DNA from: an uncultured Chloroflexia bacterium
GTDB taxonomy: Bacteria; Chloroflexota; Chloroflexia; Thermomicrobiales; UBA6265
Assembly (NCBI GenBank): GCA_963750275.1
Contig: CAVVQC010000003.1
Span: 145,034 to 209,033 of the forward strand
DNA: 64,000 nucleotides
Direction: 5' to 3'
Below are positions 20,021 through 29,614 of the stretch, piece after piece (position 1 is the first letter of the stretch; the number at the start of each line of letters is the position of its first letter). A model generated the notes under the pieces. That model made no database searches. It was given only the letters and a program-made list of their open reading frames with translations, and was not told where the DNA came from. Position numbers and translations under genes: made by a program.

Positions 20021-21724
20021 ATGAGCGACGCGGCGAATTCAGACAATAGCCAGGCATTCGACGCATGGTTCGATATGTTTCTCGACGACTATCTGAAACG
20101 GAGACCGGTGAGCGCCACCTTCATGGGCGCGCACCAGTACGACCATGCGCTGCCCGACTTCTCGCGTGACGCCGATGCCGACCTCATCACGAGTGCCCAG
20201 GATCTCATCGCTTCGCTCGATGCAATTCCGAACGACGGCCTGTCCGAAGCGCAAATTTACGACCGCATCCTGACTCGCGGATTTCTGGAAACGCAGATCT
20301 GGGAAGTCGGGTCCCCCTTCTTCCAGGCAGGGAATCCTTCGCACCACACCGGGGAAGCGGCGTTCAGTGTTATCTCCCTCTTTCAACGCGATGCCGAGCC
20401 GCTGACAGACCGGGTCGAATCAGCCATCCGCCGGATGACGGCGATGCCGGACTTCTTCGAAACCGCGCGCGCACGCGTCATTCATGCGCCGCTGCTCTGG
20501 ACCGAGCGCGCGATCCGCGAAGCAGACGCGGGAGCCGAATATTTCAGCACTGGTATTCAGATCCTGGCCGAAGAACACGGGATCGATCGGCCCGCATTCC
20601 TGAAACAGGCCAAGGTCGCTGCGCGTGCATTCCGCGAGCATGCCGTCTGGTTGCGCGAGGAGCTAAGCCAGCGGCGTTCGCCATTCAAACCCGCGGGGAC
20701 CGAAGCGTTCGACCGATACCTGCACAAGGGGCACTTCCTTCCCGCCAGCCAGAACACCGAGTGGTGGTTCGACTATGCCCATGCCGAGCTGATCGAAGCA
20801 ACGCTTGAAATGAAGGAGCTGGCGAAATCGATCGACTGGAAACGTTCGTGGCAGGAGCAGTTGGCCGAATTGCCGGAGCACCATCCAACCGCCGAGAACT
20901 ACTACCAGACATTCGGCGATGTCTGGACCACCTCCCGGCAGCAGGCAATCGATGCTGATCTCGTTACCTGGCCAGATTTCCCCATCGAATTCGTGCCTAT
21001 TCCGCGTTCGGACCGCCAAGCAGCGAAGGACCTCTATTACCTCTACTACCGCTGCCCACCTCCCTTTGGGTATCACGATTCCCATCAGTACTTCGTTCCG
21101 CCGTGCGACCCCGACATGTCTCCGGAGGAGCAGGAGGCGGTGCTTCGCAGCACCAATGACGCGCAGATCAAACTCAACCATGTCGTGCACCATGCCGGCC
21201 TGGGTCACCACGTCCAGAACTACAACGCGTTCCGGGCCGAATCCCGCGTCGGTCAGATGGCCGGGACCGATTGCGCGTCACGAGTTGCCATGTTCTGTAG
21301 CGGATCGCTGGTGGAAGGGTGGGCCTGCTACGCCACCGAGCTGATGGAAGAGATTGGCGCGCTGACTCCGCTGCAACGGCTTTCGGAAGCGCAAACCCGC
21401 TTGCGTATGGCCGCCCGCGCAGTAGCGGATACCGCGATTCACTCCGGCGAGTTCAGTATCGAGCGCGCAGCCCGCTTTTATCGCGACGAAGCAGGAATGC
21501 CCGCATCCGCAGCCCTGGGAGAAGCAGTCAAGAATTCGATGTTCCCCGGCGCGGCGGTCATGTACCTGGCCGGTACCGCAGGCATCGACGAGCTGCGCAG
21601 GGCAATGGAGGAAAAAGAAGGGGCAGACTTCACCTTGAAGTCGTTCCACGACCGCTTCCTCAGCTATGGGGCGATTCCCGTCACCTTGATCGCAGCCTCG
21701 ATGCTGGAAGCACCTGTTTCATAG
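20021..21724 (+). CDS. DUF885 family protein
   Basis: N-terminal 'PVSATFMGAHQYD', 'GHHVQ', 'EGWACYA', 'LRMAARAVAD', C-terminal 'FTLKSFHDRFLSYGAIP'. Confidence 0.85.
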   Translation: MSDAANSDNSQAFDAWFDMFLDDYLKRRPVSATFMGAHQYDHALPDFSRDADADLITSAQDLIASLDAIPNDGLSEAQIYDRILTRGFLETQIWEVGSPFFQAGNPSHHTGEAAFSVISLFQRDAEPLTDRVESAIRRMTAMPDFFETARARVIHAPLLWTERAIREADAGAEYFSTGIQILAEEHGIDRPAFLKQAKVAARAFREHAVWLREELSQRRSPFKPAGTEAFDRYLHKGHFLPASQNTEWWFDYAHAELIEATLEMKELAKSIDWKRSWQEQLAELPEHHPTAENYYQTFGDVWTTSRQQAIDADLVTWPDFPIEFVPIPRSDRQAAKDLYYLYYRCPPPFGYHDSHQYFVPPCDPDMSPEEQEAVLRSTNDAQIKLNHVVHHAGLGHHVQNYNAFRAESRVGQMAGTDCASRVAMFCSGSLVEGWACYATELMEEIGALTPLQRLSEAQTRLRMAARAVADTAIHSGEFSIERAARFYRDEAGMPASAALGEAVKNSMFPGAAVMYLAGTAGIDELRRAMEEKEGADFTLKSFHDRFLSYGAIPVTLIAASMLEAPVS

Positions 21725-21758
21725 CCCTGCCCGATATTGGAATTCTTCGTCCCGCCGT

Positions 21759-21829
21759 CGTAGCGTCGCGATTTATGGCGACCGTACCTCTGGCGAAAGA
21801 GATAGGTCGCCATGAATCGCGACGCTACG
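21759..21829. repeat. Inverted CGTAG-tagged doublet (REPIN-like)
   Basis: CGTAGCGTCGCGATTTATGGCGACC ... GGTCGCCATGAATCGCGACGCTACG between convergent genes. Confidence 0.75.
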
Positions 21830-21871
21830 ACCGCTGTGGCCGCGCGTACAAAGCCCCATCGAAGTTGCTGC

Positions 21872-22738
21872 CTATGACGCGCAGAGAACGAAGGCATCGT
21901 TCAAGCCAGTGTGATACTCCAACATCGTTGCACCATCGGTTACGGTGATTCGGTAACCCGGCGAGATCACCTGAGCATAGACACCACCATCCTCCGGGCA
22001 GCCAAGCGAAGAATCGGGCCAATCGACCCCTTCGAGTGCAGATACCGTGAGCGTAGACGGATCGACACCGAGTTGAACGGCGGCATCCTCGAGTACCAGA
22101 TCCACCAATGGTTGTGCCTCCCTCGGAATCTCGATACTGCCTACGCCGCCGGTGTCCTGGGCTGCAGCCGGAGCGATCATATCGACCACCCAGCGGCCCT
22201 CATGTTGCACGAACCAGACAATCTGCTGGTTACCGCCCCAGGAGTTCGGGCTCACCACTGCGGCAATGCGACCGTCCGGCAACTGCACGGCGGCGAGAAT
22301 CATCGGTTGCTGATCGGTAGGCATCGGAGCGGGAGTCGCACTGGTAGGCGTCTTCTCCGGAGCGGAAATAATCGCCACCGATTCCGGCGCGAAGAACTGC
22401 GCCACGATAAACCGCTCGCTATAGAGGGAGAGCAGCCGGGGCAGATCGTTCGCCCAGGAGCACGCGTTGATCTGGGACAGGGTGTCCAGGAGCTGAGCCT
22501 GCAGATCGGCGGTAATCGCGGTCCCTGCTGGCAGGGTCACCGCCTCCGACGATAGCTCGGCGACTGGCGAGGCCTCCGCCATGGCGGCTAGCTCGTTGAT
22601 ACGTTCCTGCGGCATGGGCTCGACCGTGCAGCCGTTTGCAAACGACACGATGGGCGTTCCCTCCGGCTGCGCAGCAGTCGCACCGAGCGGTATGGCGATC
22701 AGGATGGACGCAAGGGCAATGATGACAAGCGGTTTCAT
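21872..22738 (-). CDS. Exported hypothetical protein with a C-terminal 'WPDSSLGCP...YAQVISPGY' domain
   Basis: Sec-type signal 'MKPLVIIALASILIAIPLGATAA|Q'; RBS GGAG; two-domain layout with paired Cys residues. Confidence 0.7.
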   Translation of the reverse strand: MKPLVIIALASILIAIPLGATAAQPEGTPIVSFANGCTVEPMPQERINELAAMAEASPVAELSSEAVTLPAGTAITADLQAQLLDTLSQINACSWANDLPRLLSLYSERFIVAQFFAPESVAIISAPEKTPTSATPAPMPTDQQPMILAAVQLPDGRIAAVVSPNSWGGNQQIVWFVQHEGRWVVDMIAPAAAQDTGGVGSIEIPREAQPLVDLVLEDAAVQLGVDPSTLTVSALEGVDWPDSSLGCPEDGGVYAQVISPGYRITVTDGATMLEYHTGLNDAFVLCAS

Positions 22739-22923
22739 TGGGAAGTCTCCGTTCGCTGCATGCGCGGGAGGAACGCTCCCGTTAGTGTAGAAACGAAGGA
22801 AGCTCCTGACAGGTTCCATATTGCCATCCCCGAAACCGATATCCCCTTGCGGGACGGGCGCGGTTCCTGCACTATCGCCTGATCGAACACAGACGGACCG
22901 ATGACGACCCGAAGGGAGCAACG

Positions 22924-23762
22924 ATGATCTTCAATTCTGCTGAGCGCGTGGCGGCGCTAACCGCAGCCTGGAATGGCGAGCGGCTTGATGACGGCCGGCC
23001 CAAGGTGTCGGACGACATCATCGAGCGCATGAAGCTGGTCACCAACGACGAGGCCTGGGGCATCCTGGAAAAAGGCTACACCGGCTACAACTTCCAGTTC
23101 GAGGGTGACTGGCTGCAAACCCAGCCCGATGTCCTCCTCTCCGGTCGTGTGGTGACCGCGCAGTTCGTTCCGCAACGGCAGGATCTTGCACGATGTCGTG
23201 CAAGCGGTCGGCACGGAAGAAGGCCGAACCGGCGGGCAGAACACCTGGATCATCGACCAGTTGCAACCGAACGACGTACTGGTGGTCGATCTCTTCGGCA
23301 AGATCCACGACGGCACCTTCATTGGCGATAACCTCTCCACCGCCGCACGCCGCCGAACCGGCACCGGCATGGTCATCCACGGCGGTATCCGCGATTACGC
23401 CCGTCATCCTGGAAATGACCGACTATCCGGTCTACTGTCGCGGGGTCGATCCCACCGCCATTGCCGAAGTCACGCTGGTCGGCGTCAACATCCCCATCAA
23501 GATCGGCAATGCAACGGTGATGCCGGGAGACATCGTGCTTGGCACCCGCGAAGGACTCACCTTCGTTCCACCCCATCTGGCGGAAGAAGTGGTGCTCCAT
23601 TCGGAAGACACCCGCCAGCGCGACGTCTTCGGGAAAGACACGCTCGACAAGGGCAAATACTCCAGCGGTGAGATCGATGTTCCCGTCTGGGCCGAACATA
23701 TCGAAGCCGACTACAAAGCCTGGTGCGAAGCGAACAAGTTCGAGTATTCGACAAAGCATTAG
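22924..23762 (+). CDS. RraA/HMG-aldolase-like protein; +1 frameshifts near 23188 and 23401
   Basis: 'GRVVTAQF', 'DVLVVDLFG', 'IGDNL', 'GMVIHGGIRD', 'VMPGDIVLG' across three collinear ORFs. Confidence 0.82.
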
Positions 23763-23767
23763 CAAAT

Positions 23768-23851
23768 GAGGCAAAAGGCGATGGCAATGGGCAAGATTCT
23801 GACGACATTGCCTTCACCCTTGCCTTTTGCCTCTTGCCCATTGCCCAGGAG
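23768..23851. repeat. Heptamer-arm inverted element, copy 2
   Basis: gaggcaa-aaggcga-tggcaa-tgggcaa ... ttgcctt-ttgcctc-ttgccca-ttgccca-GGAG; 3' end matches 4409..4449. Confidence 0.75.
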
Positions 23852-23856
23852 ACCCC

Positions 23857-25005
23857 ATGACCACTCCCGACAATCTCGGATTCACGACACGGGCGATTCA
23901 TGCGGGTGAAGAACCCGATCCCACCACCGGCGCGCATGGTGTGCCGATCTATCAAAACAGCACCTTCGCACTTGGGAACATGGCACGGTTTCAGGAGTTC
24001 TGGGATGGGGCTCCAAACGCCTGGGGGTATTCCCGCGATGGGAATCCCACGGTCGATCACCTGGAGCGCAAAGTCGCCAATCTGGAAGGGGCGGAATCCT
24101 GCGTCGCGTCCGCCTCGGGCATGGGGGCAATCAGCGCCACACTGCTGACGGTGGGGGCGAACGGCGGCCATATCGTGACGGCGAACCAGATCTACAACAC
24201 CGCCAACAAACTGGTGAACGAAGATCTGCCGGAATATGGCATCACGTTCAGCCGGGTCGATATCACCGATCTTGACGCGGTCGAAGCCGCCATCACGCCG
24301 AAAACGACGGCCATTTATACCGAAGTCTTCTCCAATCCGTCATTGGTGGTGGCCGATGTGCAGGAGCTGGCCAAGATCGCGCAGCGGCACGGGCTCAAGC
24401 TGGTCATCGACAACACCTTCCTCTCCCCCGCGCTCTACCGCCCGCTGGAAGACGGCGCCGATCTGGTGATCCACAGCGCCACCAAGTACCTGGCCGGGCA
24501 TGGCGAAGTGCTGGGCGGAGTAGTGTCCGGGTCTGAGGAAGCGACTGCCCCAATCCGCACCAAGGTCCTGCGGTTGGGCAGCACCCTCAGTCCTCTGGCC
24601 GCCTGGTTGATCATCACCGGTATGCGCACCCTTCCTTTACGGATGGAACGGCATTCGCAGAATGGCCGCACGGTGGCAGCCTATCTCTCGGCGCATCCGG
24701 CGGTTGCAAGCTGGCACTATCCGGGCCTCCCGAACGACCCCGGCAATGCCACCGCCACTCGTCTGCTGGGTGAAACCGGTGCGATGGGCGGCATGGTGAC
24801 AATTTCATTGAATGGAGGAGCCGAGTCGGTCGCGCCGTTCGTGGAGTCATTGAAGGTCATCACGCTGGCCACCAGTCTCGGCGACACCTCATCCCTCGCC
24901 TGGCCGATTCTCGGCACCGACCTGGTCCGCCTCTCGATCGGCCTCGAAGACGAGGAAGACCTGCTCGCCGATCTCGACAACGCGCTCGAGCGCATCCCCG
25001 GATAG
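23857..25005 (+). CDS. Cys/Met metabolism PLP-dependent enzyme (cystathionine gamma-synthase/methionine gamma-lyase family)
   Basis: 'TRAIHAG', 'YSRDGNPT', 'ASGMGAI', 'IDNTF', PLP lysine 'HSATKYLAGH', 'LVRLSIGLED'. Confidence 0.9.
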   Translation: MTTPDNLGFTTRAIHAGEEPDPTTGAHGVPIYQNSTFALGNMARFQEFWDGAPNAWGYSRDGNPTVDHLERKVANLEGAESCVASASGMGAISATLLTVGANGGHIVTANQIYNTANKLVNEDLPEYGITFSRVDITDLDAVEAAITPKTTAIYTEVFSNPSLVVADVQELAKIAQRHGLKLVIDNTFLSPALYRPLEDGADLVIHSATKYLAGHGEVLGGVVSGSEEATAPIRTKVLRLGSTLSPLAAWLIITGMRTLPLRMERHSQNGRTVAAYLSAHPAVASWHYPGLPNDPGNATATRLLGETGAMGGMVTISLNGGAESVAPFVESLKVITLATSLGDTSSLAWPILGTDLVRLSIGLEDEEDLLADLDNALERIPG

Positions 25006-25116
25006 CGGTCGTCCGTAGCTGAGGGCGTATCTGCCCTCTCGTGGCGACAACGCAGTTCGAATGTCACTCCGGGAAACGCACCATAGCGTTTCCCGGGGTA
25101 GTTTCGAGCAAGTGAT

Positions 25117-25953
25117 TTATCCCGCGAGCGCCGGAGTCTCGTCGTCGTCAAAGCGCTTGTTCATGCTGTTCTTACGACGAGCCGCAACTTTGGCGAAAAT
25201 GATGCCCAATTCATACAGCAGATAGATCGGCGCGGCGACGAAGAGCATGTTGAATGGGTCCGGGGTCGGCGTGATGATCGCTGCTGCGACCAGCACGACC
25301 ACGATGGCATAGCGGCGAGAGCTCGACATGCGTTTCGGGCTGACGATCCCCAACCGGGCCAGCAGGAACATGATGATCGGCAGCTCGAACGCGATCCCCA
25401 TCCCCAGCGACACCTGCATATAAAACGCCGCGATGCTGCCATAAGTCGGGGAATAGTCGAACAGATCGCTGTTGAAGTTGGACAGGAACTCGAATGCGCG
25501 CGGAATCGCCAGGAAAAAGGCGAAGGCCACCCCCAGCAGGAAGAAGATCACCACGAACGGCAGCGAGCCGTACATGTAGCGCTTTTCCTTCCGCGTCATC
25601 CCAGGCGAAACGAACGCGAAGATTTGATAAAAGATCAACGGCAGCGCGAAGGCGATCGCGATATAGAGCGCGGTCTTGAAGAAATCCGTAATCGGCTCGG
25701 TCGCATCGATGACATCGAACCGCTCGACATTGGCGTTGTCTCGTACTACCCCAAGCATCGGACGCGTCAGGAAGAGACCGAAGATGAACGCAATACCAAT
25801 CCCGATGCAGGTTTTCACGAGGCGGGAGCGGAGCTCATCGAGATGCTCCACCAGGGTCATCTCTTCGAAGACGTCTGTGTATTCCTCATCGTCGCCCGAA
25901 AAGCCGGGCATCGACGGCATATGGACCTTTGGAAGATGGAGGGCACCAGCCAC
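25117..25953 (-). CDS. tatC: Twin-arginine translocase subunit TatC
   Basis: 'MTLVEHLDELRSRL', 'FVSPGMTRKEK', 'FELP', 'ITPTPDPFNM', 'LYELGI'; GTG 25953 with AGGAG RBS (ORF track starts at TTG 25962). Confidence 0.95.
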   Translation of the reverse strand: MAGALHLPKVHMPSMPGFSGDDEEYTDVFEEMTLVEHLDELRSRLVKTCIGIGIAFIFGLFLTRPMLGVVRDNANVERFDVIDATEPITDFFKTALYIAIAFALPLIFYQIFAFVSPGMTRKEKRYMYGSLPFVVIFFLLGVAFAFFLAIPRAFEFLSNFNSDLFDYSPTYGSIAAFYMQVSLGMGIAFELPIIMFLLARLGIVSPKRMSSSRRYAIVVVLVAAAIITPTPDPFNMLFVAAPIYLLYELGIIFAKVAARRKNSMNKRFDDDETPALAG

Positions 25954-26408
25954 GAGTCGCAACTCCTACGAGTGGCGGGCCGGGTGATCGTGGAACTGTT
26001 TGGATCAAGCGGCGCCATGAATGATGGGTCGCCAAAGTGCGGCACCGAGCGAAGAATACTCCTATTCAACGTGATTATCCGGTTTCGTAAGAACCAATCT
26101 TTAAGACCTGCGGAAATGGGCTCATTCAGCAAGGTTCCTCCAGCGGTGCAAGAGGGACAGCGACAGTAATTCGGCGTGATCCACCGTCACGCTGTAGACA
26201 GTTGACACTTTCTTCAGATTGGTGTGCTATCGTTCGCGCCATTCATTTTGTTTCAGCGGTGTCAGCCGGAAAGGTGGTGCGCGTTCGACCGGCCAGGTAG
26301 CCATCCGAGGTCAGAACACCCCCGCGGTACACATCCAGGACAGCGTCCGGCGCCGCTGCCGGGCCAGGTGACTCTTACGACATTGCACGCTCGAAGCGGA
26401 GGTACGCT

Positions 26409-27713
26409 TTGGATACTCACCGAACCACCCGACGTAAGGTTCTCGGATCTCTTGCCCTGGGCGCCGGAGCCCTCTTTACGCATACCGCGATTGGATCGAA
26501 CTGGGCCGCCTATGCTCAGGATGAAACCTACGAACTGACCTGGGCCACCAATAACCTCGAAGGCACCGAGCCCGAGATGCTCCAGAAGGTGACCGACATG
26601 TTCGTGGCAGCCAACCCGAACTACAAGGTCACTGTTCTCAAATACGACGGCACCACCTACGACCAGAAACTCCTGACCGACATCGTGGCTGGCACATTGC
26701 CGGACCTCTTCGTCAGCGCAGATGTTTTCACCAAGCCGTTCTTCGACTCCGGCCTGACCGCGGACCTCAAACCGCTTGCCGAGGCCGCGGGTTACGACCT
26801 GTCGAACTTCGACCCGCTCTTCCTCTCGCTCGCCGAGTACGAAGGCATGATCGGCTTCCTGCCGCGCGCCGCCGACGTGGTGGTGACCTATTACAACAAG
26901 ACCAAGTTCGACGCGGCCGGCCTGGAGTATCCGACTCCCGACTGGACCTACGACGACATGCTGGCGATGGCCGAGAAGCTGACCATCAAGGACGGCGACG
27001 CCACCACGCAATACGGCATTACCGCCGCCAACGACTGGTGGGCTTACTGGGTGCCGATGGTGATCGCGGAAGGTGGCGAAATCCTCAATGAGGACAGCAC
27101 CGAAGCGATCTTCAACTCGCCGGAAGGCATCAAGGCCTGGAACGTCATCTTCACCGCATTGCAAAACGGCTGGTCCGTGCCGCCTTCGGTGCAGGACTCA
27201 GTCGGCGGTCCCTGGACTCCCTTTGCCAATGGCATGGCCGCCATGACCTTCACCGTGCGCGCGCTCACCCCAACCTACCGCGATCAGCTCACGGACGAAT
27301 GGGATGTGCAGCTCGTGCCGAAGGGCAGCGCGATGCGCAAGACCGGCATGGGCACGCAGGGCTACGCCGTTTCAGCGCAGACGGACGATCCCGCCGCCGC
27401 CTGGAACCTGATGCAGTTCATCTTCACCGACGGCATGGTGGTCTTCATGGAGAACTACCTGACGGTCCCGCCGATCAAGTCGTTCTACGACGACCCAGCC
27501 TGGCGCGATCTGCCGGCACCGCCGGCCAACACCGCGGTCTTCATCGATGCCATCAGCGAGGCGATGGTTCCACCACCGCTGCCGTTCTACAGCACTGGCG
27601 CCTTCCGCCAGGCAATGCTGGACGGTATCGACGGCGTGCTGCTCGGCCAGATGGATGCCGAAGCCGCCGTGAACAACATGGCCGCGGAAGCGACCGCGTC
27701 TCTGCAGGAATAG
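26409..27713 (+). CDS. Carbohydrate ABC (CUT1) substrate-binding protein, Tat signal
   Basis: 'TTRRKVL...AYA|QDE'; 'AGTLPDLF', 'YYNKTKFDAAG..YPT.DWT', 'FANGMAAM'. Confidence 0.92.
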   Translation: MDTHRTTRRKVLGSLALGAGALFTHTAIGSNWAAYAQDETYELTWATNNLEGTEPEMLQKVTDMFVAANPNYKVTVLKYDGTTYDQKLLTDIVAGTLPDLFVSADVFTKPFFDSGLTADLKPLAEAAGYDLSNFDPLFLSLAEYEGMIGFLPRAADVVVTYYNKTKFDAAGLEYPTPDWTYDDMLAMAEKLTIKDGDATTQYGITAANDWWAYWVPMVIAEGGEILNEDSTEAIFNSPEGIKAWNVIFTALQNGWSVPPSVQDSVGGPWTPFANGMAAMTFTVRALTPTYRDQLTDEWDVQLVPKGSAMRKTGMGTQGYAVSAQTDDPAAAWNLMQFIFTDGMVVFMENYLTVPPIKSFYDDPAWRDLPAPPANTAVFIDAISEAMVPPPLPFYSTGAFRQAMLDGIDGVLLGQMDAEAAVNNMAAEATASLQE

Positions 27714-27731
27714 GAACAGCGATTCCGCGAG

Positions 27732-27770
27732 CGGGATGGGTGATTGGGAACGATCGCCCATCCCGTTTTT
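27732..27770 (+). terminator. Intercistronic hairpin with T-tract after the SBP gene (terminator/attenuator or mRNA stabiliser)
   Basis: CGGGATGGGTGAT-N8-ATCGCCCATCCCG-TTTTT. Confidence 0.75.
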
Positions 27771-27813
27771 GTCCCGATCGAACGCGCTCTCCGGCGAAAG
27801 GCGCTCCCAGTCG

Positions 27814-28773
27814 ATGCAGCTGCCTGCAACAGAATTCGAGCTCGATGCTCTCGAGAACCCCCGGTTCTGGCATCGGGATCCCAATCGGATCAAGGAAAAG
27901 AAGGACTGGAACGCGGCCCTCTGGGCGCTGCTCTTCCTCGGTCCGAATCTGATCCTCTTTCTGATCTTCACCGCCTATCCAGTCGGATACGGGGTCTATA
28001 TCAGTCTGTATAACTACAGCATTCTCAAGCCGAAAAAATGGATTGGGCTGGATAACTACGACAAGTTCTTCCACGATCCCAAAACACCGGATCTCATCTG
28101 GCGATCGATTTACTACGCGGTCGGCACCACGATTCCGGTCGTGGTTCTGCCGCTCATCTTCGCCGTGCTGCTCACGAATGCCGGCGTTTTCACAAAACCC
28201 TTTCGGTTGATCTACATCTTGCCGATCGTCACCTCTCCGGTCGCCGCCGCGGCTATCTGGAAATGGCTCTACGCCAAGGACTTCGGCCTGATCAACTATG
28301 GGCTCAGCAAGGTCGGCGTAAGTCCGATCGACTGGCTGTACAACCTGACCTGGTCGATGCCGGCCGTGATCCTGATGTCGGTCTGGCTGCTCGTTCCCTT
28401 CAACATCATTCTCTATACCGCCGGGTTACAGGAGGTCCCCCGGGATCTCTACGACGCCGCGGAAGTCGACGGCGCGTCGAGCTTGCAAAAGTTCCGCACC
28501 GTGACGGTTCCGATGATCACGCCCACGATCTTCTTCGTCTTTCTGATCACCATGATCGGGGTGCTGGTCGGCGGATTCGATGTCATCAACGTGTTGACTC
28601 AGGGCGGACCGCTCCAGTCGACCAACGTGCTCATCTACGACATCTATAAAAATGCCTTCGAAAACTTCAAGATGGGCTACGCCTCGGCGCAGGCCTACAT
28701 CCTCTTCCTCGGCGTGCTGGCTGTCACGCTCTTCAACTGGATTCTGCAAAAGCGGTGGGTGCACTACGCATGA
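27814..28773 (+). CDS. CUT1 sugar ABC permease (MalF-like)
   Basis: 'WIGLDNY', 'LYDAAEVDGASSLQKFRTVTVPM', 'MGYASA'. Confidence 0.92.
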   Translation: MQLPATEFELDALENPRFWHRDPNRIKEKKDWNAALWALLFLGPNLILFLIFTAYPVGYGVYISLYNYSILKPKKWIGLDNYDKFFHDPKTPDLIWRSIYYAVGTTIPVVVLPLIFAVLLTNAGVFTKPFRLIYILPIVTSPVAAAAIWKWLYAKDFGLINYGLSKVGVSPIDWLYNLTWSMPAVILMSVWLLVPFNIILYTAGLQEVPRDLYDAAEVDGASSLQKFRTVTVPMITPTIFFVFLITMIGVLVGGFDVINVLTQGGPLQSTNVLIYDIYKNAFENFKMGYASAQAYILFLGVLAVTLFNWILQKRWVHYA

Positions 28774-29606
28774 ACGAACCTCCAGCTCGCCGGATTTCCG
28801 GCAAGGTGCTGCTCATCATCGTTCTGATCGTCGGCGCTTTCATCGCGCTCTTTCCCTTCTACTGGATGATCGTCACCTCGCTCAAAACCAGCCGGGAGGT
28901 TTATCTCTACCCGCCGACCTGGATTCCGAATCCGGTTGCCTGGAGCAACTACCGGGACGCGTTCGACAAGGTCAACGGCCGGGTCTTTTTCAACTCTGCG
29001 TTCTTTGCGCTCTCCATCGTCTTCTTTCAGGGGCTGTTCACCACGATGGGTGGGTTCGCCTTTGCGCGTATCAACTTCCCGTATCGCAACATCTTCTTCA
29101 TCGTCTACCTGAGCACCCTGATGATCCCGCCCCAGGTGACCCTGATCCCGACCTTTCTCGTGGTCGTGCGGCTGGGTTGGGTGGACAGCTACCAGGGGCT
29201 GATCGTGCCGATCTTGGCGCAGGGCGCCTTCGGCACCTTTCTCTTCCGGCAATTCTTCCTGCGGTTACCGAACGAGATGTACGAAGCCGCCCGGCTGGAT
29301 GGAGCCAACTACTGGCAGCAGTTCTGGAAATTCACGATTCCGCTCTCCCGTCCGGTCATCACGGCGTACGCGGTCATCACCTTTCTCACCGCCTGGAAGA
29401 TGTATCTCTGGCCGGTCATCGTGGTGCGCTCGGAAGACCTGAAGGTGCTGCCCATGGTCATCGCCGAGCTGAGCGCCAATAGCAGCCAGGACCGCGGGGT
29501 GATGATGGCCGCCGTGGCCCTCTCGATCCTGCCTATCCTGATCCTGTACATCGTGGCGCAGCGATGGTTTGTCGAAGGTATTGCAATGACTGGACAGAAG
29601 GGATAG
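28770..29606 (+). CDS. CUT1 sugar ABC permease (MalG-like)
   Basis: 'FPFYWM', 'EAARLDGA', 'QRWFVEG'; ATGA overlap. Confidence 0.92.
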   Translation: MNEPPARRISGKVLLIIVLIVGAFIALFPFYWMIVTSLKTSREVYLYPPTWIPNPVAWSNYRDAFDKVNGRVFFNSAFFALSIVFFQGLFTTMGGFAFARINFPYRNIFFIVYLSTLMIPPQVTLIPTFLVVVRLGWVDSYQGLIVPILAQGAFGTFLFRQFFLRLPNEMYEAARLDGANYWQQFWKFTIPLSRPVITAYAVITFLTAWKMYLWPVIVVRSEDLKVLPMVIAELSANSSQDRGVMMAAVALSILPILILYIVAQRWFVEGIAMTGQKG

Positions 29607-29614
29607 TCGCCCCA

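Noticed and set aside
25857-26132. tatA/tatB upstream of tatC
   Set aside because: The 91-aa ORF has no N-terminal transmembrane helix or amphipathic TatA pattern and overlaps tatC out of frame.
26202-26233. Canonical sigma70 promoter TTGACA...TATCGT for the sugar ABC operon
   Set aside because: The spacer is 20 nt, too long; only an extended -10 (TGcTATCGT) is plausible, so it is not listed as a feature.
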